64,000 nucleotides of DNA from Takakia lepidozioides (taxonomy: Eukaryota; Plantae; Bryophyta), in contig CM060733.1 in assembly GCA_030704615.1 (NCBI GenBank), positions 4,402,001-4,466,000 on the forward strand. Reading direction: 5' to 3'. Within the stretch, counting starts at the first letter, position 1. Every line of letters starts with the position of its first letter. The notes below the pieces were generated by a model, which was given only the letters and a program-made list of their open reading frames with translations, was not told where the DNA came from and made no database searches. Shown here one piece after another: positions 17,028 to 27,536 of this stretch. The position numbers and the translations under genes are program-made.

Positions 17028-18450
17028 CTAAGCCCTCTTCATGTTCTTCTCTAGCCAAAGCCAATTCAGACCAACGACATCCTCCAACATTGTTTGCGGT
17101 GGGACCTCTTCCTCGTTAGGGTGAGGCAAGACACAATTGGCAATATAGATATCATTCACCTCAACCCGCCACAATCCCTCAGGTATAACACGGCAGTGAT
17201 ATGTATCTTTGTCAGGCACACCAGTGACAATTCCACTGGCAGCCTTGTGTCGTGGTAAATGAGGATCATACAGGCTGATTTTGTCCTTCAACTTAAACTG
17301 CACATAGCACCCACCATAAAACCCACATTAATCAACCCATGAAGACATACATGTATATTGAAAACTAGATAATGAGGACCGCCCAGTATAAGCAATCACT
17401 GAAAGTGTAGAGTACTTTCGGTAGCATAAGAATATCTGCCACTGTGGCAGGGGGTTGATATTTGGGGGTTGCCTTTGAAGGCGCCGCAGTTGGTGCACTG
17501 TCGGTGGCAGTATCAAGAGCGACTTTCTTAGCCTGCAAACATCACGCCCAAAACCCCTTAGCAGTTTCATTTAGCAATGCATCTACTAATAGTTCGAAGT
17601 ACCCAACATGTAAATGGCCACATTGTACAGAATTGATAGCCAACAGATGCATGCATGCACACCTCTAGTACGGAAACTGCTGCATGGAGAGGTGCCTCCT
17701 AAAGGCCCACCTGACTCTTACTCCCGCTAGAACTTGGTGTTATGTCACCATTTGCATCAGTCAAGGACTTTGTGCCTTTGGCAGCAGTGGCTCTGGTTAC
17801 ACGCTCTCCTTTTCGCATGTACTTCTTCTCAGCTCCCGTCACGATGGTTGGGGCAGGGTCCTCTGCTTGAGTCCCCTTCTACATGCCAAGAAAACAACAA
17901 GGTATAGTACATGAGAACGTCTTACCATACCTGATGCATAGAATTCATGGCACACACCAATAAAAGGGGGGCCTACCCACTGCACACCAGCAGCGTTGCA
18001 TGGAGGGTTCCAAGTTTGGGCACCTCCTTGTACCCAAGCTCCTTGGGGTCCTCCATTGGACCCACTTGGAATCCATGACCACGTGTTCGTCGTCTGTGGA
18101 GGGGCCATGGGCTGCTGCCAGGTAGGTGTTCCTTGCTGCAGCCACGTTTGCCCACCTCTGGATTGCACCCATGGGCCATTCGGGCCTTGTTGCACCTATG
18201 TCGTAGGTGGACCAGTAGCACTCACCACAGCCTCAGTCCCCCCTTCCTTTGCGCGCTTTGATGCAGCCTAGCACAAGCCCCTCCACTCCACAAAGTTAGC
18301 AATGATGGAAAATAAGGTCAACCGGGCAACGAGCAAGGTTGGCAGTTCGTGAACGCTACAAACCTTGGCCCAACGTGCCAAGAAAAGTTTGGCATCCAAT
18401 GGCGCGATGCATGGAATGTCATGTTCTGGCGCCCTAGCAATGTCCCACAT
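17028..18450 (-). pseudogene. CACTA TnpA-like accessory gene (multi-exon; Tnp1/En-Spm-like C-terminal domain; Q/W/G/P-rich low-complexity exon)
   Basis: The last exon, 17297-17028, reads FKLKDKISLYDP..AASGIV..YHCRVIPEGLWRVEV..LPHPNEE..MLEDVVG..WLW. Upstream exons contain stops. Confidence 0.6.
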
Positions 18451-19426
18451 CCATTCAGTAGTAAAACCCTAACACATGTTCTAACCCTTTGAAATTTAAT
18501 CCAGCAGTCAAGCCATACATAGTCCAACCCGTAAGCCATTCATCTTTCTAACAAAGTTTCCAGGTCATTCACATTTAGGAAATAACCAAGGTTTGATATA
18601 TAACATTTACCACCATATATGCAGATTGTAAACTCATCACAAAAGTAGATTGCAGGTCTGGAGATAAATCTCCGGAACCAGGCTCAAAGCATATCAGGTT
18701 CGAAATGAAACAATCAACCACTCATGCCTTAAGTTCACAAGCCAATCATAGTAGTAATAGGCTTGGTTATATAAACCAATCACCATCTCAGTCACTGTAA
18801 GCATATACATTTCATGAGCCATTCTCCAGCCTCTCCCTCACTCTCAATCCAGCCCCACTCACTCCCTTCTCCATCAGTTCATCACTCCAAAGATCATTCC
18901 TCCGCCATACACCCCAGCCTCTTACTCACTTAGATTTACCCTAAACCTTGCTCGGTTCTGCCTCTACCTCTGTTTTACACAAAACCCAAACCCTAAACCC
19001 TACACATCATGAAAATGCTCAATTGCTTCCACAATCTGAGAGGAACTAAGGGTGAGATTGTATTCATAAGACGTTGTTTGCCGTAGCCTTGTGGCCATTG
19101 ACCCCGTGCCCAGTTTGAGCGGGAACAAAAGGAACAGAACCTACCTCTGTCAGGGGCTGACGTTGGTAGTAAGACTTACCTTCATATAAAGACCACATGT
19201 CCTCCTTCCAACTAAGTTCAGCAGATGTTCAACAATCCTTTCACCATCTCTTCACACAAGACATCCCCTACTTTAATGATTGTACCGCTGGCATGAGCAA
19301 CATCTAAAGGCAGTACACCACCAACACTTCACCAGCAGAGACACCCATTCCATAGCACTCAAGCACTTTCATGACCTCCTACTATAATTCAGAATGTTGT
19401 TCCTTCTCCCATGAGTATCAAACCCC

Positions 19427-19764
19427 GCGATCGCGGTTGTCCCACCATCGTGCATGCCTTCATGCCCCGATTCTAGGGCTTGAGTCCCTGTCTGCCCCCT
19501 ATCCCACCAGCTCCGCTCGTCATTGTACATTGAGAAAAGCCACACCTTGCGATCGCGGTTGTCCCATCATCGTGCACGCCTTCATGCCCCGATTCTAGGT
19601 CTTGAGTCCTTGTCTGCCCCCTATCCCACCAGCTTTGCTCGTCATTGTACATTGAGAAAAAGCCACACCTTGCGATCGCGGTTGTCCCACCATCGTGACA
19701 CCTTCATGCCCCGATTCTAGGTCTTGAGTCCATGTCTGTCCCTATCCTACCAGCTCCGCTCGTC
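19427..19764. repeat. Tandem repeat, 122-123-bp unit, about 2.8 copies, inside the CACTA
   Basis: gcgatcgcggttgtccca at 19427, 19549 and 19672. Confidence 0.9.
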
Positions 19765-22700
19765 GTCTCTCATGATCAGACTCGACACTATAAGAAAACA
19801 AATATAGCTCTGTCATGTTTGTCTTTCACGATCAAACTCGACACAAAGAAAACAAACAGATGCCACAATGGCAGGGAAGACAAAAAAAACGCGAAGTCCC
19901 CTCACTCATGACTGGATGGATGAATGTAGCGATAGATGGATGGATTTTGGGTTTTCCATCAACACACAAACCACTAAAGTTTTTCACCACAGAAGTAATA
20001 CCAATCACTGGTGTGTATGTAATCACTAACACGTAACCACTGGCCGAGTGGTTCCAATTACTAAATGGTCTGTAACCACTCACTCTACACCACTCTCAAA
20101 GTGGTACCAATCAATGGGGGTCTTTAACCACTCCAGATCTACGTATATTGTCCCCGTCCACGTGGAATAATATAGTTCATAATTAGATATATTTTGAAAT
20201 GATAAATCTTAAATAAAAATTGAATTATTACACGTGGAGTAGCAAGTGGTTTCAATCACCTCCCATCACTCAGGTGTCTTCAACCACTCACAACCCACCC
20301 CAGAAGTAGTACCAATCACTCACGTGTATGTAACCACTCACAAGTGCCCACTTGAAGAGTGATTCCAGTTACAAAAGGGTCTTAACCACTCACATTCCAC
20401 CACTGTGCAAGTGGTACCAATCACTGAGGGGTCTTTAACCACTCCAGATCTACGTATACTATCCTCGTCCACGTGGAATAATATATTTTGAAATGATAAA
20501 AATCTTCAAAAAAAAATTTATTACACGTGGAGTAGAAAGTGGTTTCAACCACTTCCCATCACTGAGGTGTCTTTAACCACTCATAATTTATCATTGTACC
20601 CGTCCATGTCGGATATTATCATTATTAATATAAATATCTGACCAAATGTCGAATAATAAATATAATATTAAATATTACACGTGGATTACTCAGTGGTTGA
20701 AACCACTTCCAACCACTCCATATGATGCCACTGTGGCATTTCATCGGAATTAACCACTGACCAGTGGTTACCATTACTTGGAGTGATTTATAGAGTGATA
20801 AAAGACAAGAGTGGTTAAGGGGGCCAGTGGTTATTCCGCGTTTTTCTTTTAGTGAGAGGGATTGGCTATATGTCTAGGACGGTCGGTTGAAGCAGCGGGG
20901 GTCGGCGGCTGTCCGCTTCCCTCATTTTCAATGTGTCTTCCTCGCGGTTCTCTCTTTCTCGCTCGCGTTGCTTGCTCGTGTTTACAGGTGGCCATTTTGT
21001 GTTGTTGCAGGTGCCCGTTGTGATCGTGGGATGTGTTGCGCTTTGTTGTCATTCTTCTCTCTTGCTTCTGAGAATCTCATTGCACTACTTGTAGGCCATT
21101 TCGCTTGCTTGCATTACTTGCGATTTGTAGCATTCTTGCCTGGAGATGGTTGAGAAAGGTTGCCTGGTTGTGAGACTAGAGTGGGGCTGTCATGGTTTTA
21201 GTCATGGTTATCTAGAATTACCTACTTCTAGTTAACTAGGACATTTTAGATATTTATATTTATATTTTGTGTGTTGGGACTTCATTTGGTCTCACATGCC
21301 AAGTGAGGTATCGAGCCTCACTTGAGACATGGAGATAGGTTTTCCCCTTGTGAGTGTTGAGGAGGCTCATCTTCTTGTAGTTGAGCCTCCATGAGCTTCT
21401 CTCACCTCCATAGCTCTAGGTATTGAGAGGGAGTGTGTTGAGGGCTTTGTAGGGTGGATTCCTTTAGCAAAGGTGCCCTTGGCTTGACTTAGTTTATGTG
21501 ATAGAGTGGATTTCACTTGGAAGGACTAGGGCTTGTTCTTCATGTGATTGCTTCATGCTTTGAGAGCTTTCATTGTCTTATACTTCTCTCATTTCACATC
21601 TCTTATCACTACAAGAAGATCACCTTATGCTTGCGAGTGCGGAGTGTAAGAATTAGTTTTGCACTTGTATTTTAAAGAGGTTGAGAGCTAGGAGAATTTA
21701 GCTCTTGTATCACAAGGCTTGCAAGGGGTTGCAAGGAAAGGTGCTCGAGTATTGCATGCACCAAGGAGTTGGAGAGCTTGAGAAGAAAGCTCTTGAGTCA
21801 CAAGATTTTGCAAGGATTGTAAGGAGGAAGTCTTGTGTGTGTGGAAGCATGGATTCTAGGGTTTGAGAATCCTTTGTATGCATTATGGAGTCGATGGTGT
21901 GCGCCATGGCTTGTGGAGAGTGACTAAAGGCTTGTTAGTGCTCATTTCACTATCAAGCTAGGGTTAAGCAAGTTCAAAGTGTGGATGTTGTGGAAGAGAA
22001 GCCAAGGAGCTATATATGCTTGGGCTTGAAGACAACAAGGGCAAGCACTTGGAGAGCACTAAGAAGCTCAAGAGGTTTTGAAAGGGAGCATGTGAAGAAA
22101 TCTTCCAATCATGGTGGTGTGGAGCCAAGCTTAGGGTGCCATTGGAAGGGCTTGGAGAACATGTGGTGGGAAATCCTTGAAGGGAAATCATCATTCAATG
22201 TATGCATAGCTTCACCCTAACTATGTAATGTGACAAGAGGGGGAGGCAATACTTGGCTATTCATGCTCTTGGTAGTGCGAGCTTTGTGGTGGATAGTTGA
22301 CCAAGCAAGTGGTGCATGTGTGGAGCATGCTCGCTTGAGTTTGTAAGTTCAAGTTTGAGAAGGGGAGCTCTTGAACTAGCAAGAGGTGAAGGCCTTTGAG
22401 ATCCATTTGTGTATGAAGTGGAGAGGTGTTGATTCATGTTATGATGAAGGAGAGCAACACATAGGCCAAGAGGTCATGAAACATGCATTCAAATGACCAC
22501 GGGGAGCACATGGATGATGGATTGGTGCAAGACCCCAAATGAGGCATATGGCGTGAGAGTGGGATCCAAGGCGGATTGCTTGGGAGCATTATTGTAAGTG
22601 ACAAGCATTGCTCCTACACATTGAGATAATTTGTGTTGATTTGGAGCAATTGTCAAGTGATGAGGAGACAAATGCATGATTGCTCGGCAATGGAGATATG

Positions 22701-22923
22701 GTAGTTTGCAATCAAATCCCAAGGACTAGAAGGGGGATTGATTTGGTGGACAATGACTTACAAAGTTGAGTTCGACCACTCTTGGTTGCACATTGGGGTG
22801 GAAGAGAGCAAGAAGATGCCTCTTATGACCACCTAGAGACCATATTTTTGCTTGAGTAGAAGCATAGAAGTCAAGGACTTGCATTCTAGCTCTTCATTAC
22901 AAACCCTAGTAGTGTATGCTCAG

Positions 22924-23220
22924 ACTATACCTCTATTAGTATACCAAACATGAGCTTGTCCCTTTGACTATACCTCTGTTGAGGTATCACCATATGTGAA
23001 CCCTAATGTGAGACTATACCTCTGTTAGTATACCAAACAGGAGCTTGTCCCTTTTACTATACCTCTGTTGAGGTATCACCATATGTGGACCCTAATCAGC
23101 TCAGACTATACCTCTGTTAGTATACCAAATAGAACCCTCATTTTCAGACTATACCTCTATAAAGGTATCATCAACATAAGGGACCCTAGCAACCTCAGAC
23201 TATACCTCTGTTAAGGTATC
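22924..23220. repeat. Seven copies of an ACTATACCTCT-anchored repeat (spacing 43-51 bp, alternating dimer)
   Basis: Motif at 22924, 22967, 23013, 23056, 23105, 23148 and 23199. Confidence 0.85.
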
Positions 23221-23504
23221 AACAGTGAAAGGACTTAGTGAAATTTAAGGGCATTTGGAGGATTGTTTGGAAGATATTTGAGGGCCCTTAGAGGAGTATT
23301 TGGAGGATCTTTGGTGGAGGAGTGTTTGGAGGATCTTTGGGGTCCTTAGAGGACCCTTCGATGAGCTTTGGTGGACAATGTTGAAGAGCTCTTGAAGGAT
23401 TGATTGGGGATATTGAAGGATACTTGCCACGGCCATACAAGCGAGTGGATAGAGACAGGAGGGAGAGTGGTGGGATGAGAGCATTCTGGGGTTAGCTCCA
23501 TTAA

Positions 23505-24274
23505 GAGCGGGTTGGCTCCATTGATCTGGTAGTGGCAGGTTGGCCTTGCCAAGGGCATTCATCAGCCGAGCATGGCAATGGATTGCGAGACTCGAGGACG
23601 GGTCTGTTTTGGGAGATGGTGTGGATTTTGCGCCACTTGCAGCTTCATTAAGCTGTATCTCCAGCATACATCTTAGAGAATGTGCCACTGATGGGTGATT
23701 CTTGGGCCAGGGTGATGGCCAGTGTGCATCAAGTCCGGTCGTAGCTTGGGTCAGCAGTGTTGCTGGATGCAGCTGCAGTGGGGTCATGGGCTCATCGTCC
23801 ACGGTTATGGTGGACTAACTTGATGCCACCCGCACTGCTCAAGCGTGCATTTGATGGGATGCAGCAGCCAGCACACCTCACAGTGGATAGCATTTTGGAC
23901 ACAGGGAGGCAGTCTCAATGTGTGAGACACGATGACCGTTCGCCTTTGGCAGTGGTCAACAGGATGGGTCAACCACGAGCAGCATTACCTACACTGCTCA
24001 GCTTCCCAGGATCCCACGCATTTCAGGATGGTGGACCTGGCCTCTTGTGGGATAGCCAGTTGCAACAATTAGTAGAGCCCAATGCTGACGAGTGCAAGCG
24101 GGCGATGGGTTTTACCACAGGTACCACGACGGTGCCATCTCTTTCTGAGGCATCACGTCGTCAGGTGTTGGGGCAAGCAATGGATCTCAATTGCTTTACC
24201 TGGATTATCAGCTTGGCTATGGCTGAGCAGCGCAGAGTACGGAGTACACTTCCCTTCATGGTCTCCCTGCCTAC
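23505..24274 (+). pseudogene. C5-cytosine DNA methyltransferase domain (C-terminal half) of DNMT-Gypsy-1
   Basis: DLVVAGWPCQG (IV), YILENVP (VI), AHRPRLWWTN (VIII), VLGQAMD (X). In-frame stops. Confidence 0.85.
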
Positions 24275-24435
24275 TACACTCAAACTCGATAGATCAAGAG
24301 GTTGGGTGCAAGAGTTGCCCCATCGTTAGTCGTCGTCTTGCAACCTGTGAACTTGAGCTTGGGATCTCATGTATTGACTCCTATGAGCTTGGCCTCCCAT
24401 GTCTTGTTAGCTGCCTCTAGTCATGTCCACTGCCA

Positions 24436-25300
24436 CTATCCCAAGCAGTGTGGACACAACCAATCTCCGTCAGGAACCTTCTCAAGAGGTGGTGTCAAGC
24501 ATCCCATATGCCAACCCCTTGAGCATCGATCAAATGGAACCAACTCAATCCACTTGGAGAAGTGCTCCACCATCACCAACACATATCTGTGGTGACGCAT
24601 CGTCAGTGGCAAAGGCCCTGCGAAGTCAAGACTCCACCTGTAGCCCAATCTCATGATGGGTAAAGGATGCAACTGTGGTGTAGGGGCGTTGAATGAAGCA
24701 CGCACCCTGTCACACACCATGCACCTAGCCACGAACTGTTGCACCTCTGTGCATACCACGCCACCAATACTGCCCCTGCAGTAAACTATGAGTGCGTAGC
24801 ACTTCAAAATGCCCCAACTCCTCATGGGCATGCCGCACTAACCGTGCATGCTATGTTGGGTGAGGCATGATCCTCACCCGACCATCCTCCCACACTCGAA
24901 GCAGGTGTATTCCCTCCCACTTGAACCTTTTGGCTCGTTGTAGGATCTGATCCCTCTCCTTGGCAGTCACACTAGCTGCCGTGTCTCCAGTGCGGAGGTA
25001 GTCCAACACAACCGAATCCTCATGTATATCTCTGGCACCACCTGACTCATCACTAGCCTCAGGGTCCTCAGACACTCCGTCTATAGTCATCCCTGTTGTA
25101 GGTCCAACCTGACCTCCCGATGCCAAGATACACAAAAAGGCAGATGCATGTCATCCCGACACCATCTCCTCGTCCGTCTCACCATGCCACCGAGCTCTAG
25201 TGTCATCCTGCTAGCTCGTGCGTGGATTGCGACTCAATCCATCCGCATCCCTATTGACCAAACCCGGTCGATGCACAACCTGAACATGTCTCTCGTGCTC
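24436..25300 (-). pseudogene. RNase H end, integrase (internally deleted) and PHD finger of DNMT-Gypsy-2
   Basis: HRPGLVNRDADGLSRNP, CMVCDR, WSLDFAGPLP, VEHFSKW, then CSRGWHMGCLTPPLEKVPDGDWLCPHC (PHD). Confidence 0.85.
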
Positions 25301-25699
25301 CTCCACCGTAGCACGAGAGGCAAAGCAATTCTTGTAAGCCTCAGGAACCGCCGTATACGTCGTCTCTCTCCTCTAGTGACAATAGGTCCAATGTCAGGCT
25401 CCCAATTGCCCTTCGTAACTACAACCTTAAGTCCAGCAGACTTAGAGGTAGAGGACGCGTTCCGTGGTTGCTATGCTGCAACCTCTTGAGCAATACTCCC
25501 TGCCTGCTTAGTCAATGACAAGGTCTCATCTTGCCCCATCATCTCATCCTTGAGGACCTCCTCAACCCGAGAAGAATCCCCAACCTCGTCTATCACAGCC
25601 GCCTTGGCTGCCAACTCCCTCTGAACCTCGAGCACATCTCACGTGTGCCATGGATGTCTACACCCTGTGGTCCTCACCGACTCGCCCCCACTCACTGCC

Positions 25700-26884
25700 T
25701 GTACCGTCTCGGTAGGCAGAGAGACCATCAAGGGAAGTGCACTCCGCACTCTTCGTTGCTCAGCCATAGCCAAGCTGATAATCCAGGTCAAGCAATTTAG
25801 ATCCATTGCTTGCCCCAACACCTGACGACATGATGCCTCAGAAAGAAAAGGCACCGCCGTGGTCCCAGTGGAAAAACCCATAGCCCGCTCTCACTCGTCG
25901 ACATTAGGCTCCACTAATTGCTGCAACTGAGCATCCCACAGGAGGCCAGGTCCATTATCCCGGAAAGCATGCGATCCTGGGAAGCTGAGGAGTGTAGGTA
26001 GTGCTGCTCGTGGTTGACTGACCACTGCCAAAGGCGAACGATCATCGTGTCTCACACGCTGAGACTGCCTCCCTGTGTCCAAAATGCTATCCATTGTGAG
26101 GTGTGCTAGCCGCTGCACCCCATCAAATGCACGGTTAAGCAGTGCGGGTGGCATCAAGTTAGTCCACCATAACCGTGGACGATGAGCCCGTGACCCCACT
26201 GCGGCTACATCCAGCAACATTGCTGACCCAAGCCACGACCGGACTTGATGCACACTGGCCATCACCCTGGCCCGAGAATCGCCCATCAGTGGCAAATTCT
26301 CCAAGATGTATGTTGGAGATACAACCTGATGAAGCTGTAAGTGGTGCAAAACCCGCACCATCTCCCAAAACAGACCCAACCTCGAGTCTCGCAATCCATT
26401 GCCATGCCCGGCTGATGAATACCCTTGGCAAGGGCAACCTGCCACTACCAAATCAATGAAGCCAACCCGCTCCAAATCTTGCGCCCCCAGCAAAGAGATA
26501 TCTGCTGGCAAGGCCTGCTGATATCCACGAACCGTAGACACCGGCAACAACTCAGGGTACTGCTGCACCAACTGAGCAATATGACGGAGTGAGACGCATC
26601 GTGCAGTCTCATCCCTCTCCACATATAGGTAATGCCGAACTTGTACACCTGCCTGTAACACAGCAGCCAATCCGGTGTTGATCCCGCCAAACAAGTCCAA
26701 AAGACAAATGCCTTCATCCGGATACTGCCACAAAATAGGTGTGGTGTCCAATGGAGACAACTGAGGTGGTCCTGGTGCAATCCCCGCACTCTCCTCCTCT
26801 CCTGACCGTACAAAAGCCTCCACCCAGGCTTGTTGCACCCGTCGATCAGCATCCAACTGTAAATCCTTGCTCGTGCCCCACAAT
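25700..26884 (-). pseudogene. Complete C5-cytosine DNA methyltransferase domain (DNMT3/DRM-like motif set) inside Gypsy pol, between PR and RT
   Basis: LLDLFGGI (I), YVERD (II), DI (III), VVAGCPCQG (IV, catalytic PC), YILENLP (VI), RAHRPRLWWTN (VIII), E*ERAMGF (IX, one stop), VLGQAMD (X). Confidence 0.9.
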
Positions 26885-27121
26885 GCAACGACGCTACCGC
26901 ATGAGCCCGGCGCGTGAGCGTGTGAGCGTACGCTCACACAACGATGACGTGGCTTGAGCCTACGCTCACGCTGCTGACATGGCACTGAACGTGGCGTGAG
27001 CCTGGTCCAGGTCATGCCACGTCACCACAAAGAAGGTGGGCCTATAACCGTGGAGCCCCCAACTGCTGATTTCACCACATGAAGGTGAAACGGATGAAGG
27101 GTTTTGGGCTTTCCTGGAGTT

Positions 27122-27355
27122 CAACCTTCTGTTAACATGAGCTTCATTTCGTAGAACTGAAATGAACCTTGTGTCGACACAAGGGGGATTTGGAGAACTT
27201 CAAGTAAACCTCGTGTTAACACGAGGTTGTTTTCCTGGAACAAAAATGAACTTCGTGTTGACACGATGTTGTTTTCTGAGAACTAAAATCAACCTTGTGT
27301 CGACACAAGGGGGATTTGGAGAACTTCAAGTAAACCTCGTGTTGACACGAGGTTG
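27122..27355. repeat. Six-copy 42-bp tandem array, each copy with a GTYRAC-centred palindrome
   Basis: Centres at 27131, 27173, 27215, 27257, 27299 and 27341. Confidence 0.92.
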
Positions 27356-27536
27356 ATTTGATCATCTGTCTATCTGAAGGTAGTTTCTTGTGTTTGCTAA
27401 TGAAAAGAGAATGACAAACCAATGCGACAAATGCATTGACCCACGCATAGCAAAGATGTTAGACGACATACATTGAGAGACACTAGACTTGAACAGTCAT
27501 TCCATTACAAGTTGTAGTCAAGGAAAACACAGATTT

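Larger units (their letters stand above)
16014..20854. mobile_element. Non-autonomous CACTA transposon, 4841 bp
   Basis: 29-bp TIRs CACTA(G/A)AAGAAAAACGCGGAATAACCACT, 3-bp TSD AGA (16011-13, 20855-57), and dense ACCACT/AGTGGT subterminal repeats. Confidence 0.95.
15889..21187 (+). mobile_element. piggyBac-like element, 5' arm (interrupted by a CACTA and then by DNMT-Gypsy-1)
   Basis: TTAA (15885-88) followed by CCCCTAAGTGCC. The ORF from ATG 21146 (MVEKGCLVVRLEWG) continues in frame into NYLHCARR at 56421 on the minus strand once the GGGC TSD is removed. Confidence 0.8.
21188..24274 (+). mobile_element. DNMT-Gypsy-1, 5' part (A1 repeat 21188-21608, structured leader, gag-PR deleted, MTase fragment)
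   Basis: Starts TGTCATGG after GGGC. 21188-21620 is nearly identical to 56943-56511 (minus). Cut by the inversion at about 24272. Confidence 0.85.

Noticed and set aside
26885-27015. N-terminus of the 374-aa MTase ORF (MTWTRLTP...)
   Set aside because: It derives from the MULE TIR. The real upstream sequence resumes at 37450.
27122-27355. Palindromic repeat-spacer array resembling CRISPR (also 22924-23220)
   Set aside because: The spacers are short and themselves repeated, there are no cas genes, and the context is a eukaryotic TE.
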